Notes: generated by a model from the sequence alone, not told the origin. 64,000 nucleotides of DNA from Thermodesulfobacteriota bacterium (GCA_049320885.1 JBMORA010000064.1:133406-197405); one strand, 5' to 3'. Shown: positions 19,302 to 30,183, numbered from the stretch's first letter. Numbers and translations are program-made.

Positions 19302-20039
19302 TTATAAACTAAATTCCTCTCCGAGATAGAACTGCCGCGCGATTTTACTTTCGGCGATCTTTTCCGGCGGTCCGGATTCAATGACGTTGCCGTTGTTCAT
19401 GATGTAGGCCGTACTGCAAACTCCAAGGGTTTCACGGACATTGTGGTCAGAAATGAGTACCCCGATGCCGCGGCCCGTTAAATGCTGAATAATATGGCGA
19501 ATATCGATAATGGCCAACGGATCGACACCGGCAAAAGGCTCATCCAGGAGAATGAACGAAGGCTCGGTGGCCAGAACACGTGAAATTTCAAGCCGCCTTC
19601 TTTCTCCGCCCGATAGCAGTCGGGCCTTGCGGTCCGACAAGCGTTTGATGCCAAGTTCATCCAGCAGGCTATTCGTCCTGTTTTCCCGAACCGTTTCGGG
19701 TAACGGGAGGTTCTCAAGAATTAACATGATATTTTCTTTGACGGTCAGTTTTTTAAAAACCGAAACCTCTTGGGGTAAATACCCCAGCCCTTTTCGAGCC
19801 CTTTGATACATGGGCATGTTGGTGATATCCGCTCCATCCAAAAGCACCCGGCCGCTGTCGGCTTTGATCATACCGATGGCCATGTAGAATGTCGTTGTTT
19901 TCCCGGCCCCGTTCGGACCGAGCAACCCGACGACTTCGCTGCTCTTTACCTCCAGGCTGACGGAATCCACGACCCGTTTGCCGTGGTAGGTTTTGACGAG
20001 GTTTTCCAATCGAAGGACGGGCATTGCTGTTGCGGTCAC
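19302..20039 (-). CDS. lptB: LPS export ABC transporter ATPase
   Basis: GPNGAGKTT, LSGGERRRLEI, LLDEPFAGVDP and DHNVRETL motifs. Confidence 0.97.
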   Translation of the reverse strand: MTATAMPVLRLENLVKTYHGKRVVDSVSLEVKSSEVVGLLGPNGAGKTTTFYMAIGMIKADSGRVLLDGADITNMPMYQRARKGLGYLPQEVSVFKKLTVKENIMLILENLPLPETVRENRTNSLLDELGIKRLSDRKARLLSGGERRRLEISRVLATEPSFILLDEPFAGVDPLAIIDIRHIIQHLTGRGIGVLISDHNVRETLGVCSTAYIMNNGNVIESGPPEKIAESKIARQFYLGEEFSL

Positions 20040-20581
20040 TTCATCCCGTTTTTACCGCCACCAAACGTGGCTTCCGCTTGCGCTTTTTCACTTCCAACGA
20101 CATCCATCTTCCCATTGGCCCTGTTGATCATGATTTTTTCCCCTTTGATGGAGTCGTTTCCGCTACGGATTTCGACTTGTTCACCGGTCAGAACAAACAT
20201 GCTGTCATTGGCACTATATACCGCCTGATCCGCGACTGCAACCCTGTTATCGATATGGATGCGAACTCCCCCGATGGCGATTATCTTACGGACGGCCTGT
20301 TCCTGCATTCCCTCCGTTCCTTCCGCCGCCAGGTTTTTTTCATAGTGCACGGTCAATCGATCCGCCTGGATGACCATATCCCCCTGGGAAGCCTTGACAT
20401 CGCCGTTGAATTCCGCCGTCATGTTCTGGGTGTCGATCGTCAGCGTGTTGGAACGAATATGTATCTTGTCGGATACTCGGCCGTCGGCTTCGGTGGCGCC
20501 GGCCCAAAACGGGTTCACGCTGGATGAAAAGGAATACAGAACGAATGTGAACAGAAAAATGGCCGGAAACAGTCTATTCAT
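20036..20581 (-). CDS. lptA: LPS transport periplasmic protein
   Basis: Signal peptide and OstA-like pattern IHIRSN.L...AEFNGDV...QGD; lies between lptC and lptB. Confidence 0.88.
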   Translation of the reverse strand: MNRLFPAIFLFTFVLYSFSSSVNPFWAGATEADGRVSDKIHIRSNTLTIDTQNMTAEFNGDVKASQGDMVIQADRLTVHYEKNLAAEGTEGMQEQAVRKIIAIGGVRIHIDNRVAVADQAVYSANDSMFVLTGEQVEIRSGNDSIKGEKIMINRANGKMDVVGSEKAQAEATFGGGKNGMK

Positions 20582-21149
20582 GTTGCCCAACTCCCAGGAG
20601 GCCTTCGACATTTCCCTTCAGAACAATCTGATTCGCGTTCACATCAACCAACATGCCGTCCGCTTTGAAATGCATCCAGCCGCTTGAAATTTCAACGGGT
20701 GTTACTGCTGTGATTATACGACTTTTATGCTGGTATTGCAACTTTTCGGTACGGAGTTCATAGCGGTTTTCGCGTATGACGACATCCCCTATTACTTCAA
20801 AATCATTATCATTCAATTGCAAATATCCCTGTTTGGCGGTCAAGGATAACCGTCTGTCATCCCGCAAATAAAACGAGACAGCGGGTCCTTCCAGCTCGGC
20901 TGTTTTTCCGCTATCCGAAAGCGTTGCGGATCTGGCGTCCAGTTGCCACTCCTCCACGCCATTACGCGTGGCTATTTGTCGCAGGTTGCGGATTGTCATG
21001 GAGGCCTTTTCGTCAATGGCGGAAAGTAGTTGAACAGGGGGGGCGGATAGATATCGATGCCCGATGAAGATGGAAAATACAAGCCCGCACAGCAGAATGG
21101 AGATACCGCCCAGAATCCAGCGAGCCCGTTTTGAAACCAATGACTGCAT
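20574..21149 (-). CDS. lptC: LPS export periplasmic protein LptC
   Basis: Single N-terminal TM segment, G..EWQLDA.SA, L..GDVVI, TEKLQY; operon position. Confidence 0.85.
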   Translation of the reverse strand: MQSLVSKRARWILGGISILLCGLVFSIFIGHRYLSAPPVQLLSAIDEKASMTIRNLRQIATRNGVEEWQLDARSATLSDSGKTAELEGPAVSFYLRDDRRLSLTAKQGYLQLNDNDFEVIGDVVIRENRYELRTEKLQYQHKSRIITAVTPVEISSGWMHFKADGMLVDVNANQIVLKGNVEGLLGVGQHE

Positions 21150-21152
21150 TTT

Positions 21153-21677
21153 TTAAACCAGAAATGACTCGCAAAGGGAATTCCACATGCCTTTGGCAAC
21201 CAGAATTGCTTCACAGACTTCCCGCACCGCACCCTTCCCTCCGGAGGCCCGGGTGGTCATATGCGCATGTTCACGGACAAGTTCATGGCCGTCGCCAACA
21301 GCGACGGCCAGACCCACTTTTTTCATGATCGGAAGGTCCGGAAGATCATCGCCGACAAAGGCAATGCGACTTTCAGAAACTCCGGTCAGCTCCATGATCC
21401 GGGGGAGCAGAGCGGCTTTATCCTTCACGCCGTCAAACAGGAGGGCGATGCCAAGATCATCACATCGGTGGCGCAGGGCCATGGAGGATCTGCCGGTGAC
21501 AATTCCGACTTGAACGCCGGATTTCATCAGCAGGCGGATTCCGAAACCATCCTTTACGTTGAAGGTTTTTGTTTCGTTTTTGGCATCATCATATACAATA
21601 CTGCCGTCCGTCAGTACGCCGTCCACATCCAGTAGTACCAATTCAATTGATTTCAGCTTTTCATCCGTCAGGTCCAT
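21153..21677 (-). CDS. kdsC: KDO 8-phosphate phosphatase (HAD)
   Basis: LLDVDGVLTDG, FNVKDG, GDDLPD and GG.GAVRE motifs. Confidence 0.95.
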   Translation of the reverse strand: MDLTDEKLKSIELVLLDVDGVLTDGSIVYDDAKNETKTFNVKDGFGIRLLMKSGVQVGIVTGRSSMALRHRCDDLGIALLFDGVKDKAALLPRIMELTGVSESRIAFVGDDLPDLPIMKKVGLAVAVGDGHELVREHAHMTTRASGGKGAVREVCEAILVAKGMWNSLCESFLV

Positions 21678-22519
21678 AATGGTTCTCTTCCTGCTGCTAT
21701 CCGGATGGATTTTAATGTGACGAGCAGGTTGCCGACATCGCTGAGTCTTATGGAATTGGGGCCATCGCAGAGAGCCTTATCCGGATCCGGATGGACTTCC
21801 ATGAAAATCCCGTCCGCTCCTGCCGCGACAGCGGCTTTGGCCAGAAGCGGCGCGAATTTTCGTTGACCACCCGAGCTGGCGCCTTCACCGCCCGGTAACT
21901 GGACACTGTGGGTGGCGTCAAAGATAACGGGAAAACCTGTTTTTTCCTGCATGATACCGATGCCGCGAAAGTCCACCACCAGATTGTTGTATCCGAACAT
22001 GCTTCCCCGTTCTGTGAAAACGAGCTGTCTGTTTCCGGTGGACGTGATTTTTTCTGCGATATTAACAACATCCCAGGGAGCCAAAAACTGTCCCTTTTTG
22101 ATGTTCAGCGGTTTGCCGGATTTCGCAGCCGTAAGCACAAAATCCGTCTGGCGGCAGAGAAAAGCCGGTATCTGGAGTATATCCAGAACTTCCATCGCAG
22201 GTTTGATCTGGTCAACTGTATGAATATCGGAGAGAATTGGAATAGCCAACTCAGACTTGATGTGTCGCAGGATTTGAAGACCTTTTTCTATTCCGGGACC
22301 GCGATAGGAATGGATGGAGGTCCGGTTGGCTTTGTCATAGGATGCTTTAAAAATAAAGGGAATATTCAATTCGTCAGTGAGATCTTTCAATCTCGCCGCG
22401 ATTTCATAGGTGATTTCCGGAGTCTCGATCACGCATGGGCCGGCAATCAAAACGAGAGGTTTGCCGTGACCGATGGCAACATTGCCGATTGTTACGGAAG
22501 CGGGCATATGGTTTTCCAT
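21668..22519 (-). CDS. kdsA: KDO 8-phosphate synthase
   Basis: IAGPCVIE, KASYDKANRTS, PAFLCRQTD and DATHSVQ motifs; start uncertain (22507-22531). Confidence 0.97.
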   Translation of the reverse strand: MENHMPASVTIGNVAIGHGKPLVLIAGPCVIETPEITYEIAARLKDLTDELNIPFIFKASYDKANRTSIHSYRGPGIEKGLQILRHIKSELAIPILSDIHTVDQIKPAMEVLDILQIPAFLCRQTDFVLTAAKSGKPLNIKKGQFLAPWDVVNIAEKITSTGNRQLVFTERGSMFGYNNLVVDFRGIGIMQEKTGFPVIFDATHSVQLPGGEGASSGGQRKFAPLLAKAAVAAGADGIFMEVHPDPDKALCDGPNSIRLSDVGNLLVTLKSIRIAAGREPLWT

Positions 22520-22707
22520 AATTGAGTGCAACCTCTTTGATTATCGTTACATGTTCGGTTTGGTGCAGGTTTTGCGTCCTTTATCATCCGAAAATGACTG
22601 GTCAGGTGTAATGCGGCGGCTGTGAAAAGTCAAGGAGTGAAAACTTTGCCTTGATTACACTCATATAAGCTGGTATTGTCCCCCACGATTGTTCGGCAAC
22701 CACGGAA

Positions 22708-24099
22708 ATGAAGAGGAACCGGTTGAAACAAAAGGGAAAATTAAGTAAATTCCGTATTTGGGCAGTGGGTGTGGTCGGACTGCTGCTTGTTTCTCCGCCA
22801 GCATGGTTTTTCGTGGAGCGCATGGAAGGCGGGGGGCCCGTGGTAACCCTTGATTGCGCTTCTTCCTATATTAGTGCTGCAGGTGAATATTCCGGTACCG
22901 TATCGGATACCGGCAGAGGGGTTCGCAGACTTCTGATCCAATTGCGACAGGCAGGACGGGAAATCGATCTGTTGAATACGGTTTACCCCGGAGGGGAATG
23001 GTTCCAGGAAGGGGGAACAGCACAGGCGGCTTTCCGTTTCAGGATTGACCTTGAGAAAAACGGGCTTGCCGATGGGCCGGCTTTAATCCGGTTGACAGCC
23101 TGGGATCATTCCTGGCGTGACTGGGGAAAAGGAAACAGGGCGGATATTGAAAGGCGGATGGTGATCGATACAAAACCGCCCCGGCTGGAAGTCATCAGCC
23201 GACAGCACAACATTAACCAGGGCGGAGCTGGTCTGGCCGTTTACCGGGTTTCCGAATCCGACACCCGGAACGGTGTCATGGTTGGAGACCATTTTTTCCC
23301 GGGTTACAGCGGGTCTTTCACGGATCCACTTGTTTATTTGGCCTTTTTCGCACTGGATCATCTCCAGGGGCCGGATACAGACATGTTTGTGACGGCTTCG
23401 GATCCGGCCGGTAACAGCGGCAGAGCCGTTTTGCCCCATTATATAAGGAAAAAAAAATTTCGACAGGACACCATCCAGTTGTCGGATGGTTTCTTGCAGC
23501 AGAAGATGCCGGAGTTCAACTCGGCGGCGGAGGTAAGCCGGCAGGAATCCGGTTTGGATAAATTTTTAGCGGTCAACCGTGTGTTACGGGAAAAGAACGA
23601 AAAAGAGCTGACGGCTCTGGCATCCAAGACGGATCCCGTCGTCCGCTGGGACGGGGTGTTTCAGCGTCTGCCGCGTTCGGCTCCCCGGGCCGGTTTTGCC
23701 GATCTCCGCAGTTATGAATACCAGGGAAAGATTGTCGATCGTCAATACCATATGGGACTTGACCTGGCCTCGTTGGCGAATTCTCCCATACCGGCCGGCA
23801 ATGCCGGCAAGGTGGTTTTTGCCGGAGTTGTCGGAATCTATGGCAACACCGTCGTGCTGGATCATGGCTGTGGGGTTTTCAGCCTGTATTCCCATTTAAG
23901 CCAAATGGATGTTACGGAGGGTGATTTGGTGAACAAAGGTCATCCCCTTGGTAAAACAGGAACCACAGGTCTGGCCGGTGGGGATCATCTACATTACGCC
24001 ATGCTGGTGAATACGACTTTTGTCAATCCTATCGAATGGTGGGACGAGTCCTGGATTACAAACAATATTACAAGTAAAATCGAGGAAGCCCAGCCATAA
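22708..24099 (+). CDS. M23 family metallopeptidase with N-terminal membrane anchor
   Basis: HMGLD (HxxxD), YGN.V..DHG, YSHLS and GDHLH (HxH) motifs. Confidence 0.93.
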   Translation: MKRNRLKQKGKLSKFRIWAVGVVGLLLVSPPAWFFVERMEGGGPVVTLDCASSYISAAGEYSGTVSDTGRGVRRLLIQLRQAGREIDLLNTVYPGGEWFQEGGTAQAAFRFRIDLEKNGLADGPALIRLTAWDHSWRDWGKGNRADIERRMVIDTKPPRLEVISRQHNINQGGAGLAVYRVSESDTRNGVMVGDHFFPGYSGSFTDPLVYLAFFALDHLQGPDTDMFVTASDPAGNSGRAVLPHYIRKKKFRQDTIQLSDGFLQQKMPEFNSAAEVSRQESGLDKFLAVNRVLREKNEKELTALASKTDPVVRWDGVFQRLPRSAPRAGFADLRSYEYQGKIVDRQYHMGLDLASLANSPIPAGNAGKVVFAGVVGIYGNTVVLDHGCGVFSLYSHLSQMDVTEGDLVNKGHPLGKTGTTGLAGGDHLHYAMLVNTTFVNPIEWWDESWITNNITSKIEEAQP

Positions 24100-24147
24100 G
24101 CAGGTGGGCTTTTCCGATAACCCGGATACAAGGAGTGACGGCGGCCG

Positions 24148-25314
24148 ATGGGCAGACAAAACGTCAGCAAAACCTATGAGCAAATAAACGCAAAAATTCG
24201 TTCCGGGAAGGCGGTGGTTGTCACAGCGGAAGAGATTATCGGTATTGTCAGAGAACATGGAGCCGAGGAAGCCGCCCGTCAAGTGGATGTGGTAACCACC
24301 GGAACTTTCGCCCCCATGTGTTCGTCCGGGGCCTTTATCAATTTCGGTCACAGTGAACCCGGCATCAAGGCCTCAAAAGTATGGCTGAACAACGTACCGG
24401 CCTATGGCGGGTTGGCGGCGGTTGATTGCTATATAGGCGCCACCGAGCCTTGCGAGGATGACCCGTTGAACAAGAAATGGCCGGGTGAATTCAACTACGG
24501 GGGCGGCCATGTCATTCAGGACCTGGTGGCCGGCAAGCCGGTTCATCTGAAGGCTACCGCATACGGGACGTCTTGTTATCCGAATCGTTATGTGGAAAAG
24601 GAAATCCGATTGGCATCCCTCCCCTCCGCTACGCTTTGCAATCCGCGCAATGGATACCAGAATTATAACTGCGCGATCAATATGACCAAAAAAACCATTT
24701 ATACGTATATGGGCACCCTGAAGCCCATGGCTGGCAATGCGAATTACTGTTCCGCGGGCCAACTCAGCCCCTTGCTCAATGATCCTTACTATAAGACCAT
24801 CGGCCTTGGAACCCGGATTTTTCTGGGAGGGGGACAGGGGTATGTGACCTGGCAGGGAACGCAGCATAATCCAGGCGTACCCCGCACGGAGAAAGGGATC
24901 CCCGTCAAGGCGGCCGGTACCCTATGGGTGATGGGTGACCTGAAACAGATGAAACCTGAATGGCTGATGGGGGTGAGTATCCAGGGCTATGGGGTTTCGT
25001 TGGCAGTGGGTCTTGGTATCCCGATCCCAATTCTGAATGCGGAAATGGCTGCCTATACGGCAATAAGCGATGAGGATATTTACACCCAAGTAGTTGATTA
25101 TGGACTTGATTATCCTAACGGCATATCCCGTAGCCATGGCCAGGTAAGCTATGCCCAGTTGAAAAGCGGTCAGATCACCATCGATGGCAAAGTGATTCCC
25201 ACAGTGCCTTTATCCAGTATCGTTAAGGCGCGGGAGATCGCAGCAATCCTGAAACGCTGGATAACGGCAGGGGAATTCCTGCTGGGGGAACCGCAATTCA
25301 CTCTGCCGGTGTAA
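24148..25314 (+). CDS. Homocysteine biosynthesis enzyme (DUF39; L-aspartate semialdehyde sulfurtransferase-like)
   Basis: KTYEQINAKIRSGKAVVVTAEE, VDVVTTGTFAPMCSSG, AYGGLAAVD and GQLSPLLNDP motifs. Confidence 0.88.
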   Translation: MGRQNVSKTYEQINAKIRSGKAVVVTAEEIIGIVREHGAEEAARQVDVVTTGTFAPMCSSGAFINFGHSEPGIKASKVWLNNVPAYGGLAAVDCYIGATEPCEDDPLNKKWPGEFNYGGGHVIQDLVAGKPVHLKATAYGTSCYPNRYVEKEIRLASLPSATLCNPRNGYQNYNCAINMTKKTIYTYMGTLKPMAGNANYCSAGQLSPLLNDPYYKTIGLGTRIFLGGGQGYVTWQGTQHNPGVPRTEKGIPVKAAGTLWVMGDLKQMKPEWLMGVSIQGYGVSLAVGLGIPIPILNAEMAAYTAISDEDIYTQVVDYGLDYPNGISRSHGQVSYAQLKSGQITIDGKVIPTVPLSSIVKAREIAAILKRWITAGEFLLGEPQFTLPV

Positions 25315-25396
25315 GATGCCGCCGTCCGTCCGGGACAGGCAGGGAAAAAATGGCTTAATCGGCTTTTCCGGGAAGCATGAAAGGTGATATACTGAA

Positions 25397-26044
25397 TTGA
25401 AATTAAAAGAGAAAAATGAGAAAACCATTCGACCGCCGAAGAGCCGCCTGCGGGAAAATATCGAGGCGATTCTGGTGGCGGTCATACTGGCCATGATCAT
25501 CCGGACTTTTATTGTTCAGGCTTTCAAGATTCCGTCCGGTTCAATGAAAAACACCCTGTTGATTGGTGATCACATTCTGGTCAATAAGTTTATTTATGGT
25601 GTCAAGATTCCGTTTTGGGGGGTCACCCTGATCCCTGTTGCCACGCCTCAGAGGGGAGATATCGTTGTTTTTGAATATCCCCGGGATCCGTCCAAGGATT
25701 TTATCAAACGGGTCGTCGGTGTGGCCGGGGATGTCGTTTCCATCCGGGACAAGAAGGTGTTTGTTAACGGAGCCCCTCTGGAAGACGGAGCCTATGCCAT
25801 CCACAGCGATGACCAGCTCCGGGTGGAGAGGGATTTTCTTGAGCCAGTGAAGATTCCACCCAACAGCCTTTTTGTGATGGGCGATAATCGCGACAACAGC
25901 CATGACAGCCGTTTTTGGGGTTTTGTGGAGCTTTCGGAAGTGAAGGGCAAGGCATTCATCATCTATTGGTCCTGGAACAGCGATAACCAGGATTCAATTC
26001 TGCACTATGTACGTTGGGGTCGTATCGGGCATCTTTTGAAGTAA
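25397..26044 (+). CDS. lepB: Signal peptidase I
   Basis: IPSGSM, FIKRVVG and [14 protein letters not shown] motifs. Confidence 0.97.
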   Translation: MKLKEKNEKTIRPPKSRLRENIEAILVAVILAMIIRTFIVQAFKIPSGSMKNTLLIGDHILVNKFIYGVKIPFWGVTLIPVATPQRGDIVVFEYPRDPSKDFIKRVVGVAGDVVSIRDKKVFVNGAPLEDGAYAIHSDDQLRVERDFLEPVKIPPNSLFVMGDNRDNSHDSRFWGFVELSEVKGKAFIIYWSWNSDNQDSILHYVRWGRIGHLLK

Positions 26045-26058
26045 ATCAGCAGGTGAGC

Positions 26059-26994
26059 ATGGGATTTACACAGAAGCATATTCTGGGAATGGAATTTCTG
26101 ACGGCAGCGGAAATCGGTTTGATTCTGGATACCGCCGACAGCATGAAGGAAATTTCGGAGCGTCCGATCAAAAAAGTGCCAACCTTGCGCGGAAAGACCA
26201 TCATTCATTTTTTTTATGAACCCAGTACGCGGACAAGGTTGTCTTTTGATATTGCCGCCAAGCGTCTGAGCGCGGACAGTATCTCTCTTACGGCCGGCGG
26301 CAGCAGCATGGTCAAAGGCGAAACATTGATCGACACAGCCAAAAATCTGGCGGCCATGAAACCGGATATTCTGGTGCTACGCCATTCCTCTTCCGGAGCC
26401 CCGGACTTGGTTGCAAGACATGTGACCGCATCCGTGATCAACGCCGGCGATGGTATGCACGAGCACCCCTCCCAGGCGTTGCTGGATTTGATGACAGTAA
26501 GGGAGGCCAAGGGGGGGCTATCCGGGCTGAAGATCGCCATCGTCGGGGACATTGCGCACAGCCGGGTGGCCAGATCCGATATTATCGGCTTTACCAAAAT
26601 GGGCGCCGAGGTCCACTTGGCGGCACCGCCGACCATGTTGCCGAAGGGGATTGAAACCCTTGGGGCCAAGGTTAGCTGTAAACTGGAAACCGCCATAGCA
26701 GACGCGGATGTGATCATCATGCTTCGAATCCAGAAAGAGCGTCAAGCGGCCTTTCTGTATCCGAGCGAACGGGAATACGCAAAAGTCTATGGTCTCACCC
26801 GGCAGAAATTGAAACTGGCGCCGCCGGATGTTCTCATCATGCATCCGGGGCCGCTGAATCGAGGGCTTGAAATCGCCCCGGATGTGGCGGATGGACCCTG
26901 TTCACTGATTCTTGATCAGGTCACCAACGGTGTGGCCTTGAGAATGGCGCTTTTTTATCTGCTGGCCGGAGGGATGCGAAATGCTGGTGATTAA
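26059..26994 (+). CDS. pyrB: Aspartate carbamoyltransferase catalytic subunit
   Basis: [16 protein letters not shown] and MHPGP.NRG motifs; start ATG 26059. Confidence 0.97.
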   Translation: MGFTQKHILGMEFLTAAEIGLILDTADSMKEISERPIKKVPTLRGKTIIHFFYEPSTRTRLSFDIAAKRLSADSISLTAGGSSMVKGETLIDTAKNLAAMKPDILVLRHSSSGAPDLVARHVTASVINAGDGMHEHPSQALLDLMTVREAKGGLSGLKIAIVGDIAHSRVARSDIIGFTKMGAEVHLAAPPTMLPKGIETLGAKVSCKLETAIADADVIIMLRIQKERQAAFLYPSEREYAKVYGLTRQKLKLAPPDVLIMHPGPLNRGLEIAPDVADGPCSLILDQVTNGVALRMALFYLLAGGMRNAGD

Positions 26995-28285
26995 AGGCGG
27001 ACATGTCATCGATCCCGGGAATGTGGATGGGGTATATGATATTTATATCCGAAACGGTCATATTTCCGCCCTGGTGGATCGACGGAATGGCGAATCGAAG
27101 ACAGGCCAGCCCGAGGCTGTGGATTCAAGGGAAATCGAACGGGAAATCAATGCCGAGGGAAAAATCGTTACACCGGGGTTGATCGATATGCATGTGCATC
27201 TGCGGGAACCCGGATATGAATACAAGGAGACCATCGCCACGGGAAGCCTGGCAGCCGCTGCTGGCGGATTTGCCGCCGTTTGCTGCATGCCCAATACCAA
27301 ACCGGTGAACGACTGCGCGGAAGTCACGCGGTATATCATTCAGAAAGCGGAGGAAGCCGGATTTGCCCGCGTATTTCCCGTGGGTGCCATCAGCAGGGCA
27401 TCAGAAGGGAAAGCGCTGGCGGATTTCGGGGAATTGAAAGCCGCGGGCGCTGTTGCCGTAACCGATGACGGCAGGCCCGTAAGTGACAGCCGCTTGATGA
27501 GGCGCGCCATGGAATATGCAACGGGGTTTGGACTGCCGGTGATTTCCCATTGTGAAGATATCGGTTTGGCGGAGAATGGCGTGATGAATGAAGGTCCGGT
27601 GGCCACACGGTTGGGCCTTGCCGGTATTCCCAATGCCGCCGAGACCGTCATGGTGATGCGCGACATTGTCCTGAGCGCCCTCACCGGAGCACATGTGCAT
27701 ATCGCCCATGTCAGCACGGCGGAATCGGTTTCGGCCATCCGATCCGCCAAGCGCCAGGGACTAACCGTGACGGCGGAAACAGCGCCCCATTATTTCACCC
27801 TTACGGACGAGGCGGTGGGGTTATACAACACGAATGCCAAGATGAATCCTCCGTTACGTTCGGAAACGGATCGCCAGGCAATACGGGAAGGGTTGGCGGA
27901 CGGTACCATCGATGTCATCGCAACCGATCATGCCCCCCATTCGATTCTGGAAAAGGAAGTGGAATTCGATCAGGCGGCCAACGGAATCATCGGCCTTGAA
28001 ACCAGTCTGGCCCTGTCCCTCGCCTTGGTGAGGGACAAGATTTTGGATTTCGGAGGTCTGGTAAACAAGATGGCCAAAAATCCAGCCCGTATCCTCGGAT
28101 TGGCGTGTGGAATCAAGGTCAACAGTCCGGCCGATCTGACAATTCTCGATCCGCGCCAGCCCATTGTCGTGGAGCCGGGTTCATTTCATTCCCTGGGCCG
28201 CAACACCCCTTTCGGCGGCATATCGCTGCAGGGAAGGGTGCTGCTGACCATGGTCGGCGGACGAATCGTTTTCAGCAATCTGTAA
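26981..28285 (+). CDS. pyrC: Dihydroorotase
   Basis: [17 protein letters not shown] and ATDHAPH motifs. Confidence 0.96.
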   Translation: MLVIKGGHVIDPGNVDGVYDIYIRNGHISALVDRRNGESKTGQPEAVDSREIEREINAEGKIVTPGLIDMHVHLREPGYEYKETIATGSLAAAAGGFAAVCCMPNTKPVNDCAEVTRYIIQKAEEAGFARVFPVGAISRASEGKALADFGELKAAGAVAVTDDGRPVSDSRLMRRAMEYATGFGLPVISHCEDIGLAENGVMNEGPVATRLGLAGIPNAAETVMVMRDIVLSALTGAHVHIAHVSTAESVSAIRSAKRQGLTVTAETAPHYFTLTDEAVGLYNTNAKMNPPLRSETDRQAIREGLADGTIDVIATDHAPHSILEKEVEFDQAANGIIGLETSLALSLALVRDKILDFGGLVNKMAKNPARILGLACGIKVNSPADLTILDPRQPIVVEPGSFHSLGRNTPFGGISLQGRVLLTMVGGRIVFSNL

Positions 28286-28365
28286 TCGCTTCGTCGGAAC
28301 CACCGGAATCGCACCGGGAACCGTATCCGGTTCCAGTGGTGTCTCCCGCTCCTTGGCATTGTCTA

Positions 28366-28394
28366 TTGACAAGTCCTCAGATTACTGTTATTTT
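28366..28394 (+). promoter_or_regulatory. Putative sigma70 promoter for pilR
   Basis: TTGACA-17 nt-TATTTT with TG just upstream of the -10. Confidence 0.55.
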
Positions 28395-28587
28395 TCAACA
28401 ACGACTGCAGATCATAAAGAGCTCCGAATACAGTGACAGTTCCTTTTTCCGGATGATGCGAATGCGCGATTCAAGCAGTTTCGGTCCCTTTTTTTTCATT
28501 TCATGCAATATTATCAGCAATACGTTTTATTCCCGTATACTTATTCAGAAGACCAACCAACCCTTGGTGGAAGGGCATTGAGCGTTC

Positions 28588-30000
28588 ATGCCGGCAGCCG
28601 ATAAACAAGCGCATATATTGGTGGTGGACGATGAGTTGAGTATGCGGGAATTCCTGGAGGTCATGCTGATCCGGGAAGGATATCGGGTCAGCCTTGCCGG
28701 AAATGGCGCCCAGGCCATCGAGATGCTGAACGCATCGTTTTTCGACCTGATTCTGCTGGATATCCGACTGGGAGATATAAGCGGTATCGATGTGCTGCAA
28801 GAAGCCAAACGACGCAACCCCGAAGCGGTGGTGATCATGATTTCCGCTTTTTCCACCACGGAAGCGGCGGTTTCCGCCATGAATTACGGCGCATATGATT
28901 ATGTTCCTAAACCGTTCGATAACAACGAGTTGCGTCAGACCATCCGTTTGGCCCTGGAACGCAAGACCATTGCCCACGAGAAACAGATCCTGGATGATGA
29001 GTTGCAGCAGCAGATTCATTTTGGGCGGCTGGTGGGCAACAGCCCCGGAATGATGAAGATTTACAATCTGATTCGGCAGGTGGCCCAGACCCGCACGAAC
29101 GTATTGATATCCGGTGAAAGCGGCACGGGAAAAGAGTTCATCGCCCGGGCCATCCATGAGCAAAGTGATCGCCGCCAGCAACCGTTTGTGCCGGTCAATT
29201 GCGGCGGGATTCCGGAAAATCTCATGGAGAGCGAACTCTTCGGGCATCAGCGTGGGGCCTTTACCGGAGCGACCCAGGATAAACAGGGGCTGTTCGAGAT
29301 CGCCCATAAGGGCACCATTTTTCTGGACGAAATCGGTGAATTGAGTCTCGCGTTGCAGGTAAAGCTGCTGCGCGCCGTTCAGGAGCGCGCCTTTAAAAGA
29401 GTGGGCGGGACACGGGATATCAGTGTGGATATCCGCATTATTTCCGCAACCAATAAAAAACTGGATGAGGAAGTGATCGCCGGCCGTTTTCGGGAAGACC
29501 TGTTTTACCGGCTGAATGTCATTGAAGTCAAAGTGCCCCCGCTGCGGGAACGAAAAAGCGACATCAAGATTCTGTCCCAGTATTTTCTGGAAAAATACGC
29601 CAAGGAAATGAACAAATCTGTGGCCAAGATATCCTCATACGCCATCGACATGTTGAAGAAATACGATTTCCCCGGTAACGTGAGGGAGCTGGAAAATCTC
29701 ATTGAGCGTTCCGTAGCTTTGTCCACCACCAACATCATTCTTCCGGAGAGCCTTTCCATTTCCATCCATAAGCGGCGCTGGATCGAGGGAGTGAAGAACC
29801 GCCGGTACAATATCGAGGATGTGACCCATGGCGTCAATCTGGATGAAATCCTTGGGGAAATCGAGGCTGCCTATATCCATAAGGCCATGGAATGCGCCAA
29901 CGGCAATAAAAATCGGGCTGCTGAACTGCTGGGGATTTCGCTGCGTTCCATGCGTTACCGCTTTGATAAGATCGAAGGCGACCCCAGAATCGAAGGCTGA
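28588..30000 (+). CDS. pilR: Sigma54-dependent response regulator, PilR-like
   Basis: Receiver domain (VVDDE, LLD, KP), GESGTGKE, GAFTGA and Fis-type HTH; immediately upstream of pilA. Confidence 0.88.
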   Translation: MPAADKQAHILVVDDELSMREFLEVMLIREGYRVSLAGNGAQAIEMLNASFFDLILLDIRLGDISGIDVLQEAKRRNPEAVVIMISAFSTTEAAVSAMNYGAYDYVPKPFDNNELRQTIRLALERKTIAHEKQILDDELQQQIHFGRLVGNSPGMMKIYNLIRQVAQTRTNVLISGESGTGKEFIARAIHEQSDRRQQPFVPVNCGGIPENLMESELFGHQRGAFTGATQDKQGLFEIAHKGTIFLDEIGELSLALQVKLLRAVQERAFKRVGGTRDISVDIRIISATNKKLDEEVIAGRFREDLFYRLNVIEVKVPPLRERKSDIKILSQYFLEKYAKEMNKSVAKISSYAIDMLKKYDFPGNVRELENLIERSVALSTTNIILPESLSISIHKRRWIEGVKNRRYNIEDVTHGVNLDEILGEIEAAYIHKAMECANGNKNRAAELLGISLRSMRYRFDKIEGDPRIEG

Positions 30001-30017
30001 GAATTCGGGGCGGGTCA

Positions 30018-30064
30018 TGACAATTTTTGTCAGCACCCCCCCAAAGGTCGGACAATTTTTGTCA
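30018..30064. promoter_or_regulatory. Tandem palindromic enhancer sites (probable PilR UAS)
   Basis: TGACAATTTTTGTCA (30018-30032) and GGACAATTTTTGTCA (30050-30064), 32 bp apart and about 120-165 bp upstream of a sigma54 promoter. Confidence 0.75.
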
Positions 30065-30183
30065 AAAGAAAAGAAGGCACCACCGGAAATTCCAGTGGGC
30101 AATGAATCAATGGCAAGGTTATTTCGTTTCACAATATATTTTAAACCAAATAGTTATAAAGTATCGCTCGTTTTTAGGACAAA

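Noticed and set aside
28395..28499. 34-aa minus-strand ORF MKKKGPKLLESRIRIIRKKELSLYSELFMICSRC
   Set aside because: No ribosome-binding site, no recognisable family, and antisense to the predicted pilR leader.
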